Below are positions 22,734 to 38,393 of a stretch of 64,000 nt of DNA, piece after piece (the stretch's first letter is position 1; each line of letters opens with the position of its first letter). The notes under the pieces were generated by a model. The model did no database searches. It was not told the DNA's origin and saw only the letters and a list, made by a program, of their open reading frames with translations. This DNA comes from Dictyostelium discoideum. Taxonomy: Eukaryota. The translations under genes and the position numbers were made by a program. The stretch is from assembly GCA_000004695.1 (NCBI GenBank), contig CM000150.2, positions 1,184,001 to 1,248,000 on the forward strand. Direction: 5' to 3'.

Positions 22734-23157
22734 TTTTTATACCTCGTCTGGACAATTATTTTCAAAATTTTGTAGATCTAATATTGAATATACTTTTATA
22801 AAAAATAAATAAAAAATAAAAAAAAAGAAATTAAATAAAAAATTAAAAAATTATTAATATTTGGGGGTTGTTATAATTTTTATTTTTGTTATTATTATTT
22901 TTATTTTGGGGTTTTTTTTTTTTGGTATTGCTCAAAAACACCAAAAAACAATTTAAAAATTTACAGATCATTTTTAATTTATCAATTTTATTTTTATTTT
23001 ATTTATATTATTTTATTTATAAAATAAAAAAAAATGAAAATTTGATTTTTGATAGTGGTAAAATTTATTAAATTTTCATTTTTTTTATTTTTACTAAAAA
23101 AAAAAAGAAAAAAAAAAAAAAAATTGAAAAAAAAATTTTTAGGACGCATGTTGATCA

Positions 23158-25051
<1,894 letters not shown>

Positions 25052-25185
25052 AAATTTAGAGAAATTAAAATAAAATTTAATTTATTTTTTTATCTTTATC
25101 TTTTTCTTTTTCTTTATCTTTTTTTTGGAACTACTTTGCAGAAGATACATCATTATTATTATTATTATTATTATTATTAAAAAAA
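25052..25185. repeat. Co-duplicated 3' flank: stop-proximal UTR of family copy A plus a fragment homologous to the last codons / 3' end of the minus-strand CH-domain gene (compare 29987-30125)
   Basis: ggaactactttgcagaagatacatcattattattatt at 25127-25165 matches gaaactacttttgcagaagatacaacattaccattattatt at ~30050-30090. The minus-strand translation ...DVSSAK echoes ...NVVSSAKVVSKKDREKDKDKKKKIN* of the intact gene. Confidence 0.6.
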
Positions 25186-25486
25186 ATATCCAAACGAATC
25201 AAATGAACCAGATGAAGCAAACAGGCCAGATGAACCAGAAGAATTAGATGAGGCAGGGATATAGATAGTCTATTTATAAATATATCATCAATTAATTCAA
25301 TCAATAAATTTAATGTAGTTTTAAAATTAAAATCATTCACGGACTCTCGAAATTAAGTTTGTATAAAAAATAGTAATGATTTCAATTTCGAGATTTTTAT
25401 TATTGGATTTCATTTTATTTTACACTCTAATGCTGAAACTATACGATAAATCAACAAACAAACACACTAATTACTTTTAAAAAGTT

Positions 25487-25657
25487 GAAAATAAATATAT
25501 TGATAAAATTAAAACTTTAGAAAATAAAGAATCACCAAAAACACTTTTAGAATTAATTACTGTTTTAAGGATTTATGATAAGTATAGAGATGATGAATCA
25601 ATTAGAATTTTAACTGCGATCTATTTCTGGCGTTACCACATTGATAAATATCTTCAT
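25487..25657 (+). pseudogene. Truncated relic of family exon 2 (no ATG mini-exon, ends ...KYLH* into a poly-A tract)
   Basis: ttgaaaataaatatattgataaaattaaaactttagaaaataaagaatcaccaaaaacacttttagaattaattactgttttaaggatttatgataagtatagagatgatgaatcaattagaattttaactgcgatctatttctggcgttaccacattgataaatatcttcattag is >90% identical to exon 2 of copies A and B, then breaks off. Confidence 0.5.
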
Positions 25658-25765
25658 TAGGAAAAAAAAAAGAAAAAAAAAAAATAAAAGAAAAAAAAAA
25701 GAAAAAAAAAAAAAATTAAAAAAAAAATTGAAAAAAAAAAATTTTATTTTTATAATTCCTTAAAA

Positions 25766-26464
25766 ATGTGTAAATATTAATTTCTAATAATAGATTTTGA
25801 TATATTAATATTAAATCAATAAACTAACAAACACACAAATTATTTTAAAAAGTTGAAAATAAATATATAGATAAAATCAATACTTTAGCATATAAAGAAT
25901 CACCAAAAACACTTTTAGAATTAATTACTATTTTAAGGATTTATGATAAGTATAGAGATGATGAATCAATTAGAATTTTAACTGCGATCTATTTCTGGCG
26001 TTACCACATTGATAAATATCTTCATTATGTGGATAAAAAAGGTCACACTGATTTCATTTTAAATTGTTTCTTTGATGATTCAAAAAATGTTTTTAAAGAA
26101 TTAAGTGGATATACCCCTCTTAATTCAAGTTATTATAGATTTAAACTTTATCAGAAAATTATTAACGATCAAAGGGTATGTCTTTACTTATTTATTATTA
26201 ATATTAATACTACTTTATATTAATCAACCTTGTCAAAATTAAAAACATATTTAGTTAAAAGAATATTTTGAAAATAAATCTAGTAAATTAAAAGAAAAGT
26301 TGGATCTTTGTAAAAATTATTTTCTTTGGTCTATAAAATTTCGAGGCGAATATGATTTCACTCGTTTACATAGTATCATTTATGACGGAAAATCCGATGA
26401 AATTTTAAGATATCCAATTTCAGGAAAATATAATGATGGTTCATTTAATGAAAAGTATTTTAAA

Positions 26465-26502
<38 letters not shown>

Positions 26503-27364
26503 TTATAAAACATTCATTCTATCAGATGTAATAATTGAAAAGGTAATTAGAGATTCATTATGTTATATTGATGATAGAATGGATAAAGTAATTATAAATG
26601 ATAATTTATTATCATATGGATTAGTATGTAAACAATTCTTTAAAGTATTATCAAGAATATTAAATAATGAATATTTTGAATGGAAGAAATCAATTATACA
26701 ATTTAATAACGATAGTGAATTCAGTTTAATTAAACAACCACCATTATATTTCGATTATCAATCAATCAGATTAATACCATATTCAAGTAGTATTGAATAT
26801 GTGAAATTATTATTCTCAAGAGTCCAATCATTTTATATTAAAACCGATGAATATGATTCTGTGAACAAAGACATGAAAAGAGGATATAGAATAATTCCTG
26901 ATGAATTACCTGATTATACCAGTGATAATTATATGGAAAAAGACACATTTCGAAGAAATATTAAATCACCTGGATATTTAGTTTATCCACCACCAATGCC
27001 TTCATTAGAAAGTATCACTATTGATAAATATTATGGACTCGAATCAAATTATGCACATTTAATTAAACATATCTTAATAAAATATTTCAAAGATTTTAAA
27101 ACTTCAAAACTCAACATCAACGATAGATTTGGTATTAAAAGATTTTCAATCAATATTCAAGAGTATCGTAAATATTTAAATGATAAATCAAATATTAAAT
27201 TCATTAAGCAAGTATTAGAATATCATTCAAATTCATTAGAAAAAGTTGAAATTGATTGTTCAAATACCCAATATATATGTCTAAACCAATTAGAATCTTT
27301 AAAATCATTAATCGATAATCAATCAAATAATAAAATATATTGGTCCATATCAACTAAAAATATC

Positions 27365-27439
<75 letters not shown>

Positions 27440-27808
27440 TACCAACATGCAAAAAACCGAAGTGAAAGTAAAAGAGAAAGTGAAAATGAAAATGAAAATG
27501 AAAATGAAAATGAAAATGAAAATGAAAATGAAAATGAAAATGAAAATGAAAATGAAAATGAAAATGAAAATGAAAATGAAAATGAAAATGAAAATGAAAA
27601 TGAAAATGAAAATGGGAATGAAAGTGATAGTGAAAGTGATAGTGAAAGTGATAGTGATAATGAAAATGATGCAAAATATCTTAGTTTTAGTGAAAATGAA
27701 AATGAAAATGAAAATGAAAATGAAAATGAAAATGAAAATGAAAATGAAAATGAAAATGAAAGATATGAAAGTGATAGTGAAAGTGATAGCTATTCTTTCA
27801 GCCTTTAA
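25766..27808 (+). CDS. Tandem-family gene copy B (predicted 626 aa): mini exon 25766-25769 (ATG+T), exon 25853-26175, exon 26255-27808; long (GAAAAT)n -> (EN)n tail
   Basis: Same architecture and splice sites as copy A. Exon 3 is a continuous 502-aa ORF (26300-27808). The tail holds a (CAA)n run, ~22 (GAAAAT) units and a second block of (GAAAAT)n. Confidence 0.6.
27479..27768 (+). repeat. (GAAAAT)n hexamer arrays (two blocks) coding (EN)n in family copy B; preceded by (CAA)n at 27361-27436
   Basis: ~22 + ~12 units. Copy A has ~7 units and copy C has (GAAAGT)n. Confidence 0.9.
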
Positions 27809-27905
27809 AAATTAAGAGAAATTAAAATAAAATTTTTTTTTTTTTATTTTTATAATATTGTTTGTTATTCCTTTAATTTAATAAATTATTATTATTTCAT
27901 TATTG

Positions 27906-27937
<32 letters not shown>

Positions 27938-28396
27938 TTGCAATATCCTTTTTTGAGTCAACAAAAATTAAAAAAAAAAAATAGGCTCTATCAAGACCAA
28001 TTGAATTTTCTTTTTTTTTTTTTAAAAAATTTCAAATTTTAAATTTGGAAAAAATTATATTAAATTAACATTTTTGGAAATAAAATAAATAAAAAAAATA
28101 AAAAAAAGATGAAAAAATTTAAAATAACAAACCTATATTAAAAAAAAATAAATTAGGACCATTTAAAAAAAAAAAGATGATAAAATTTAAAAAAAAAAAA
28201 ATAAAAGATTTATAAATCTGTAGATTTAATGGAAATATGATTTATTTTAGTTTTTTTTTTTTCCTGGGTCAATCTTAAATTCCAAAGAAGTTTTTATATA
28301 GAAAATGTTGGAAAAAAAAAAAGAAAAAAAAAAAAAAAAAAAAAAAGAAAAAAAAATTTGGAAAAAAAAAAATTATTTTTATAGAATTCCCTAAAA

Positions 28397-29064
28397 ATGT
28401 GTAAATATTAATTTCTAACAATAGATTTTAATTTTTTAATAAGCTAACAAACACACAAATTATTTTTTAAAAGTTGAAAATAAATATATAGATAAAATCA
28501 ATACTTTAGCATTTAAAGAATCTCCCAAAACACTTTTAGAACTAATTACTATTTTAAGGATTTATGATAAGTATAGAGATGATGAATCAATTAGAATTTT
28601 TACTGCAGAATATTTCACGCGTTACCACAGTGATAAATATCTTCATTATGTGGATAAAAAAGGTCACACTGATTTCATTTTAAATTGTTTCTTTGATGAT
28701 TCAAAAGAAGTTTTTACAGAAATGAGTGGATATAAACCTTAATTCAAGTTATTGTAGATTTAAAATTTATAAGGGAATTGTTAAAGATCAAAGGGTATGT
28801 CTTTACTTATTTATTATTAATATTAATACTACTTTATATTAATATTAATCAAACTTTTCAAAAAATTAAAAACCAATTTAGTTAAAAGAATATTTTGAAA
28901 ATAATTCGAGTGAATTAAAAAGATTCATTATGTTATATTGATGATAGAATGGATAAAGTAATTATAAATGATAATTTATTATCATATGGATTAGTATGTA
29001 AACAATTCTTTAAAGTATTATCAAAAATATTAAATAATGAATATTTTGAATGGAAGAAATCAAT

Positions 29065-29141
<77 letters not shown>

Positions 29142-29882
29142 AATCAATTATACAATTTAATAACGATAGTGAATTCAGTTTAATTAAACAACCACCATTA
29201 TATTTCGATTATCAATCAATCAGATTAATACCATATTCAAGTAGTATTGAATATGTGAAATTATTATTCTCAAGAGTTGAATCATTTTATATTAGAACTG
29301 ATGAATATGATTCTGGAAGCTATGACACGAAAAGAGAATATAAAATAATTCCTAATGAAGTACCTGGTTATACTAGTGATAATTATTATGAAGAACACAT
29401 GTATCTAGTAAGTATTAGATCACCTGGATATTTAGTTTATCCACCACCAATGCCTTCATTAGAAAGTATCCTATTGATAAATATTATGGACTCGAATCAA
29501 ATTAAGCCCATTTAATTAAACATATTTTTAATAAAATATTTCAAAGATTTTAAAACTTCAAAACTCAACATCAACGATAGATTTGGTATTAAAAGATTTC
29601 AATCAATATTCAAGAGTATCATAAATATTTAAATGATAAATCAAATATTAAATTCATTAAGCAAGTATTAGAATATCATTCAAATTCATTAGAAAAAGTT
29701 GAAATTGATTTTTCAAATACGAAATGTACATATCCAAATATGAAATATATATGTCCAAACCAATTAGAATCTTTAAAATCATTAATCAATAAGCAATCAA
29801 ATAATAAAATAAATTGGTCCTTGTCAATTAAAAATCAAAAACGACCAAAATATACAAAATATACAATATCTTGGTTTTAGTG

Positions 29883-29919
<37 letters not shown>

Positions 29920-29986
29920 AAATGAAAGTGATAATGAAAGTGATAGTGAAAGTGATAGCTATTCCTTCAGCCTTTAAAAATTTAGA
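28397..29986 (+). pseudogene. Tandem-family copy C, decayed
   Basis: The ATG+T mini exon is conserved (28397-28400). There is a 2-bp deletion in exon 2 (ggatataaaccttaattcaag gives an in-frame TAA). About 250 bp is deleted at the start of exon 3. An (ATA)24 expansion inserts poly-Ile (29069-29139). A 1-bp deletion near 29470 shifts the frame. The tail is (GAAAGT)n rather than (GAAAAT)n. Confidence 0.55.
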
Positions 29987-30002
29987 GAAATTAAAATAAA
30001 AT

Positions 30003-31864
30003 CTAATTTATTTTTTTTTTTTTATCCTTATCTTTTTCCCTATCTTTTTTTGAAACTACTTTTGCAGAAGATACAACATTACCATTATTATTATTATTAT
30101 TATTAGTATTACTATTATTAGTATTACTTGTTGATTTTGTACTTGTATATAATGGTGAATCTTTAATTGAAGCGATAATTAAATCGATTTGGCTATTTGG
30201 CAAATTATGTTGTTGTGCTATTTCTGTGATGAAATTTTTAACTTGATCAGAGGATACAGAAAAGTAAATCATATTCTGACCGAAATAAGCTAATAAATTA
30301 TTGACAATCTCTTTATCCAATGTATCAGGAATATTACCATAAATTTTACGATGACGTTTTGAAAGTTCACTCCAATAATATTCAGACCAAAATGCAGATT
30401 CTTTGAAAATGTTTGCAGAACGAATATAATCTTTCAAAAATTCAGATTGCCCAGTCTTTGGATTGATTCTATATAATAGATCTGAAGAATTGAATAAAAT
30501 CTTTGCAGCTTCAATATCATTATCTTTAGATAAATTCATCTCTTGTAATGCACAACTAATTAAGAATAATAAAAACTCGAAACTACTTTCATTCATTTGT
30601 AATGATGGTACTTTTTTTAATGTCATTTTTAAAATTTGTGAAAATCTACGACGTCCCAATTCACTATTAAATAAATCTTTTAATGAATTTACTTGATAGA
30701 ATTCAATTGGTTTTGAGTAAAGTATAGTTGCTAAATGAACTAATGTTGCATCGACAAGTGTTGTTAAATCAACTGCATCTGGTTTTAATGTATTAAATCT
30801 CTTTCTACCAACTATAACTTGTTGACTATTTCTATTATTACCACCACCACTAGCACTTACGACTTGATTTGAAGCAACAACACGTTTTGGTCTACTATTA
30901 ATTGACTGAATCTTTTCATTTAATAATGTTATTTGTGAATCTTTTGCTTTGGTTTTACAAATTTCTTCATTCAATTTAATTTCTAATGATTTAACTTTTT
31001 CTCTTAATGATTCCAATTCTTTATTTGTAATGGTTGTAGTATTTGTTGAATTATTACCAATTGGTCTTGAAAACGATGAATATGATTCTGAACTAGTGTT
31101 TGAATTTGCTGATTTTAATTCTGCACTTAATAAAAACTCACCTTTTTTAATAGATGTTGATGATGATGATGATGATGATGATGTTGATGACTCTCTTGCT
31201 TTCTTTAAATCTTGATCTTTTTGATTTAATAAAAATTGTTGATTATCAATAGTTTGTTTTTGTTGTTTCTTTTCTTTTTCAAAGATTTCTTTATCAACTT
31301 TAATTTGTTGATTTAATTTTGCGATAACTTCTTCTTGTTGTTTCATTGTTGCAATTAATGTTTTAATTTTTTCATTTTCATTCATTGTTGTTGTAGTTGA
31401 TATTGAAACTAATGGTGGTGATGCTGTTGCTGTTGGTAATGGTGGTGTTGTTACAGTAGTGGTAGTAGTATTATTATTGGAAGGTGGTGAAGTTATAGTT
31501 ATTGAAGATCTTGAAGTTATAGGTGGTTTATTAAATGTACTTGTATTTGGAGTTGATGAATTCTCTTTAACTAATAATTCACCACATGAACTACAATATT
31601 TAATGGTTTTAGTTGTTGTAATATTACATCTTGTACATTTACTTAAAATTGTACCTGGTGATGTATTGGATGCAGAAGAACTTGGAATAGCTAAAGTTGA
31701 AGAAGCTCCTGATTTATTATTATATGATGCTATTGTTTGAAAAACACCAGAATTTCTATTACTTTTATTAATAAATGATGATGATGATGAAGTTGGTTGT
31801 GTAGAATTTGAAGATACTGTTGAAGTTGATTGAATATTAATACCAGATACAGAAGGTGGTGCAC

Positions 31865-31916
<52 letters not shown>

Positions 31917-33095
31917 TGAAGTTAATAATATTAAATTTGAATTTGTTTTATTAATTGATGAAATTATACTATCTTTTGATGCTAATTGAACTTTTTGAGT
32001 TTCAATTAAATTTTTAAATTCTTTTTCTTCTTCTAAATTCTTTTTTCTTTGTTTTTCTAAATTTTCATTCAATAATTTTAATCCCTCCTCCTATAAAAAA
32101 GATATCAATGTTAATAATACTTAATTTTAAAAATAAAATAAAATTATTATTTACTTTTTCTTTTAGTGCATTAGATAAATTTTGAATTTTTAATAAAAGT
32201 TCTTTTTCTTTTTCTTTTTCTCTTTCTCTTTCTTTTTCATTTAATATTGAATTAACATTTGTTGTTGTTGTTGTTGTTGTTGGTATTGTTGGTGTTGGTG
32301 GTGGATTACATTTAATACAAACTTTTTCAATACCACATTTAGTACAATCGATATTGTTATTTTGATTTGTGGTGGTATTTTCTAAATCAGTGACATAAGT
32401 TGGACCTTTGTAAACGATTTGATCCCATTTTTTAGCTGGTTGAATATTTGTATTTGGTTTATAGCCAAATGTTGGACCTTTATAATTTTCAAGTGTATGA
32501 GTAGCACGTGCTATTGCTAATAGATTTTGAATTACAGCATTAATATTTTTACGTAAATATAAATCTGATGAAACGAATAAATCTGATGATTGAATACCAA
32601 CGATCCAACATGCTTTTAAATAAAGACCAATATTTTCCATATGATGTAATGCTGTATCTCTAGCTGTATTAATGTTTTTAATTGTACCCGGTATTAATGA
32701 ATTCAATAATTTACATAATACAATACCACTACGTAATGATTCAATTAAGTCATCTGGAAATTTTAATTTCTCACCTATAACTTTTTCAATCCATTTTATT
32801 AATTCAATTTCAGTTTGTGGGTCACGTTTTGCTTGTGCTTTTAATTCTAATTCAGCATCTTTATTTTATTTATTTTATTTTATTTTATTTTATTTTATTT
32901 TATTTTATTTATTTATTTATTTTATTTTGAAAATAATTATTATTTTTTAATTATTTATTAATTAATATTAATAAAAAAAAAAAATAATAATTAATAATAG
33001 TAATTATGGTTTTTTCACTTACCCAAGCCATATAATCTAACTCCATCACCTCTAAAAACTGCATTTCCATAGGTACCCTGGGCAACTGATGCCAT
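30003..33095 (-). CDS. Calponin-homology (CH) domain protein with long coiled-coil / Ser-Thr-Asn-rich centre and conserved C-terminal globular region (~954 aa); exons 33095-33023, 32858-32155, 32090-30003
   Basis: Exon 1 is MASVAQGTYGNAVFRGDGVRLYGLG|, with GTAAGT donor. Exon 2 encodes a calponin/transgelin-type CH domain (ELELKAQAKRDPQTEIELIKWIEKVIGEKLKFPDDLIESLRSGIVLCKLLNSLIPG...IGLYLKACWIVGIQSSDLFVSSDLYLRKNINAVIQNLLAIA). The second intron is short, ~64 nt (GTAAAT..TTATAG). The C-terminal ~250 aa is non-repetitive, possibly RUN-like (speculative). Confidence 0.75.
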
Positions 33096-33195
33096 TTCTT
33101 TTTTTTTTTTAAAAATAATTATACAAATATATACAATAAACAAAAAATAAATAAATAATAATAAATAAATAATAAATAAATAAATAAATAAATAA

Positions 33196-33231
<36 letters not shown>

Positions 33232-33420
33232 AAAGACAAAGAAAAAAAAATTAATGGAATGATTAAACAATAAAATTACAAGATTACAAAAAAAAAAAGA
33301 AAAAAAAAAAAAACCAAATGTAAGGGTCAAAAAGCCTTTGTTTTTATTATAATCAAAAAATTAAATGAAAAAAATTAAAAAAATTAAAAAAAAAAAAGAT
33401 ATTTTCGGTTTAATAAAAAA

Positions 33421-33471
33421 CAATCAACTTTGAAAAACAATCAACTTTGAAAAACAATCAACTTTGAAAAA
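33421..33471. repeat. 17-bp tandem repeat x3 (CAATCAACTTTGAAAAA) in the CH-gene / aph-1 intergenic spacer
   Basis: Three perfect copies head to tail. Confidence 0.85.
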
Positions 33472-33588
33472 CATACTTTTTTTTTTTTTTGTTTAACTTT
33501 TAACAATAACACTAATAATTTTATTCCAATTAGTTTTTTATTTTTATAAATTTACCAATTATTAATTTTGATTAAAAATATGTTTGTC

Positions 33589-33624
<36 letters not shown>

Positions 33625-33962
33625 CAACAATTGTTTTTCCAAGTGTTTAAAACAAACTAAAAATCAACAACTATAAATAAATAAATAATACAATTTTTAT
33701 TTTTTATTTATTATATATATATTTTTTTTTTTTTTTTTTTTTTATTTTTGTTAATAAATTTTATTTATTTTGATATTGGCAATGGTCTTTGCATTTTAAT
33801 CCCAATGGATTTTGATAATGTTAAAATGAAGTACCATTGGATAAAATGGTTGAAATTGAGCTGATAATAGTTAAAATGAAGTGCCATTGAATAAAATGGT
33901 TAGAAAGTTGTGGGTGAATTATTATTACTTTTTTATTTTTGGAGGTAGTAAATTATGATTTT

Positions 33963-34151
33963 TTAATGAATTTTAGTAATTGAATCACTTTTTAATAATG
34001 AAAAGATACAAAAACCAACAGAAAACACTGTTATTATACCAATTGGTAAAATTGATCCCACACAAGAAGTTGTTTTAGTTGGTAAATTTAAAAGTGTCTA
34101 AAAAAAAAAAAAAAAATAGAAATAGTTTAAAGTTAGAATTAAATAATAATA

Positions 34152-34196
<45 letters not shown>

Positions 34197-35191
34197 TACT
34201 AAATAAGTTGTTACAAAATGAGTTATAATAACAAAAGCAACCAAATGATATTTTTTTGATCTATAACCTTGAAATGCTAAAACGTTATAAACTACATGTA
34301 ATAAAGTCATAAACAAAGTGATGATTGAAGATAACATAAATAAATTAACAGAAGGACAAGCTGGAGAGAATAAAGTACCAGGACCAGTACTCTCCCATAA
34401 AATTGAACCAAACATAATGAAACCATAAGCAACACCACTACCAACACCAATTGCAGCAGATGATAAAGTATGATTTGGTCTTGCTGATAAGGTTTCTAAT
34501 CTTGCATTAATTTCAATCTCTCTTTGTTTTTGTTTCTCAATTTTTCTTTTCTCTTTTTCTTCTTCTGTAATTTCTTTATTATCATCATCATTTATATTAT
34601 TATTATTATTATTATTATTGTTGGTGTTGTTGTTGGTGGTGTCAATAATTTCATTATTTATACTTTCAATTTCATTAGTTGGTGGTTGTTGTTTTTGTTG
34701 TTGAGCTTGTTTTCTTTTTCTCATTGAATCTAAAGCCATTTGATGTTGAGTTTCTTTAATTTGATTTAAAGATGGTCTATCATTGAAACCATATGAATAT
34801 AATCTAAAAAATATATATCTAAATATTTCTTGAAATAATACACTAAATGATATTATAAACCACCAATGTTCTCTCATTGGTGGTATAATGTACCACCATA
34901 TCGCTGCTATTAATATTGATACTAACCAAAAGAATGACCTAAATATATATTTTTTATATTTTTGTTTTTTTTTTTAAAAAAAAAAAATAAAAAAAAAAAA
35001 TAATGAATTAATATATATTTAGTAAGTATATATATATATGTATTGAATGACAAATAGATATTTAAAAATGTTTCTTACCCTCCAATTGTTAAAATAACTA
35101 ATTGACTATTCTTTGCAATCACCATAAAAAAGAATGCAAGAATTGGTGAAAAAGTAATAAAAAGACAACCATAAAATAAAACCTGTGTCAT
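33963..35191 (-). CDS. aph1: Gamma-secretase subunit APH-1 (~328 aa), 3 exons: 35191-35079, 34938-34200, 34097-33963
   Basis: [38 protein letters not shown]|[16 protein letters not shown]...[18 protein letters not shown]...[62 protein letters not shown]| is collinear with human APH1A (FGCTFVAFGP, FFWLVSLLL, LLQEVFRFAYYKLL, GPGVVG...LLHTFWGVVFFDA). A poly-N/acidic loop is inserted. Donors are GTAAGA and GTATGT. Confidence 0.85.
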
Positions 35192-35419
35192 TTTTATAAT
35201 GTATATCTTTTTTTTTTTTTTAATTTTATTTTATTTTTCTTTTTTTTTTTTTTTTTAATTTTTCTATATCTTACACAAAAAAAAAAAAAAAATAATAATA
35301 ATAATAATAAAATAACGCTTGAGTAAGCAATAAATAAATATACACTATATTATACAAACTATTTTTGATTGATACTAATAAAAAAGAAAATAAAAAAAAG
35401 TGGTGTTAATTAAAAATTT

Positions 35420-35464
<45 letters not shown>

Positions 35465-35470
35465 AAATTT

Positions 35471-35508
<38 letters not shown>

Positions 35509-36333
35509 CCTCACTCTGGAAACAAGATATATTTGGTAAAACGAAAATAAAAATAATAGAGTACTAAATTAACCAGTTTTGGTTAAAAAAAATAAATAAT
35601 AATAATAATAATAATAAAAAATCTTTAAAATACTTATAGTATCCACCCAAGTGGGAAAAAAAGAAAAAAATTAAAAAAAGAGAAATATTCGACCTGTCGT
35701 TTTAATTTTTGGTGATTTATTAAAGTGTTTTAATTTTCTAAACATTTTTTTATTTTTATTTTTTTTTTTTTTTTTTTTTTATTTTATTTTATCTTTAGTG
35801 ATATATTAAAATTGGTATTGATTAGGGTATAAAAAAATGATAATAAAGAAAGAAAAGAAAGAAAATAAAAAAAATAAAAGATATTAAAAAAAAAAAAAAA
35901 AATAAATTTATTTTACACATCATTAAAGATTTTTATTTTTTTTTGTTTTGCTTTGAAAAAAAAAAATTTAGGCAATCGTTTGAAAATATAATCAAATCGG
36001 AGTAATCGTATTCCAGATCTGAAAACCAGTTTTTTTTTTAATCTAACTTTTTTTTTTTTTTTCATTTTTTTTTCATTTTTTTTTTTTATTGTTTTTTTTA
36101 GCAAACTGTTTTTTTTTTTTTTTTTTATTTTTTTTTTTTTTATTTTTTTTTTTTTTTTTATTTTTATAAGAAAAACGAAAGGTACTATTTATAAATAACT
36201 ATAATTAATATACTTCTTTTATTATTATTATCATTATTATTTTTTTTTTTTATTATTATTACTATTATTTTTATTTTAATTTTTTATCATTTTTTTTTTT
36301 TTTTTTTTCAAATATTTGTGTTTTTAATGGTCC

Positions 36334-36364
<31 letters not shown>

Positions 36365-36491
36365 GAATTTTGATTTTTTTTATTTTTTTATTTTTTTTTT
36401 TTTCTTTTTTTTTGCTGCAACCCCAACACATTATTAATAAATTTTTTTTTTCTTTTTTTCTATTAATACAGGATAGGATCAACATCACTAT

Positions 36492-36531
<40 letters not shown>

Positions 36532-36850
36532 TTTTTTAGTAAAAAAAATAATTATAACAAAATATTTATTTAATATATTATAACTTTTTTTAATAATAAA
36601 AAAAAAAAAAAAAAAAAAAAATAGTACCTCTAAAATAGTAATATTAATTTGTAAATAAATAACTAACTAAATAAAGAAAAAAAAAAAGCAACCAACCACC
36701 AACCTAATATATAAATATAGTATAATAATAAATAGTATAATAATAAATTATAAATAATAATTCCGAAATTTTTTAAAAAAAAAAAAAAAAACAGAAATAA
36801 AAAAATAACAAATAAATAAATAAATATATATATAAATAATCCTTATATAA

Positions 36851-38354
36851 ATGGAGGAAAGTGGTCAACTTAGTGATTTTAAATTACCAGAAGGTATTAA
36901 AGATCCATCACTAGAGTTTGATTTAATAGAATGTTTAGGTAGAGGATCATTTGGATCAGTTTATAAGGCGACTTATAAAAAGACAGGTAACATTGTCGCT
37001 GTAAAATTAGTACCAATCAATGAAGATTTTCAAGAGATTTTAAAAGAAATTAATATTATGAAACAATGTAAATCAAAATATGTAGTTCAATATTATGGTA
37101 ATTATTTTAAAGATGAAACTTGTTGGGTAAGTTCTTTTTTTTTTTTTAATAAAATTTAATACATACATATATAGGTGTTTTTTTTTATTTTTTTATTTTT
37201 TGCATATGTACACACACCACCACACAAATATATATAAATATAAATAAACATTATTATTATTATTATTGTTTTTTTTTCTATAATTATAAATTTATTTAAT
37301 TTTTACATAATTACTAATTATTATAAAAAACCTATTATTTCTATTTCTATTTCTATTTCTATTTCTATTTCTATTATTTTTTTATTTATTTTTTATTTTT
37401 TTATTTTTTTAATTTTTATTTTTAATAGATTATTATGGAATATTGTGCATTTGGATCAGTTAGTGATATGATGAATATAACAAATAGAGTATTAAATGAA
37501 GAACAAATTGCATTAGTATGTTATAGTACATTGAAAGGATTATATTATTTACATAGAAATAGTAAGATTCATAGGGATATTAAACCAGGTAATATATTAG
37601 TATCAGAGGAAGGTGAATGTAAATTAGCAGATTTTGGAGTGAGTGGACAATTGAGTGAACGTACCAGAAAGAGAAATACGGTTATTGGTACACCATTCTT
37701 TTTAGCACCAGAGGTTATTCAAGAGGTTGGTTACGATAATAAAGCAGATATTTGGGCATTAGGTATCTCTGCTATTGAAATGGCAGAATTTCATCCACCA
37801 TATCATGATTTACACCCAATGAGAGTGTTATTCATGATTCCAACTTCAACATCACCAACTTTGAAAGAACCTCATAAATGGTCACCGGAATTCTCTGATT
37901 TCATCGCATTATGTTTAGCAAAAGAGCAAAGTCAAAGACCATCCGCTAAAGATCTCTTAAAACATTCCTTTTTTGAAAAGAAATTAAAAGGTAGTTATGT
38001 TATGAAATCGTTATCTGAAACTGCTCAAATGGTCATTGAAAGATGTGGTGGTAGAGAAGAAGCTGTTAAAGCTGCTGCTGAAAGAAAATCAAAACAATCT
38101 GGTGTTTCAGTTGTATGTTTTTTTTTAAAAAAAAAAATATAAATATAAAAATATAAATATATATTAATTTAATTTACTAACATATTTTATTAATTTTTTT
38201 AAAAAAAAAAATAAGGATTTTATTCATTGTGAAAGTGTTGATGAACCAGATAGTTCAGATGAAGAAGATTTATTAGAAAGAAATAATAAGAGATTAAGTA
38301 CTCAAATTCAACAAAAGAAAGAACAACAAGCTCAACAACAACAACAACAAGCTC

Positions 38355-38393
<39 letters not shown>

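Noticed and set aside
33780-33905. Two ~45-bp direct repeats (GTTAAAATGAAGT[AG]CCATTG[GA]ATAAAATGGTT) downstream of the aph-1 stop. I considered a small RNA or transposon end.
   Set aside because: There are only two copies, no terminal inverted repeats, no ORF, and no similarity to known Dictyostelium elements (DIRS-1, TRE, Skipper, DDT) that I can recognise. It is most likely a 3'-UTR duplication.
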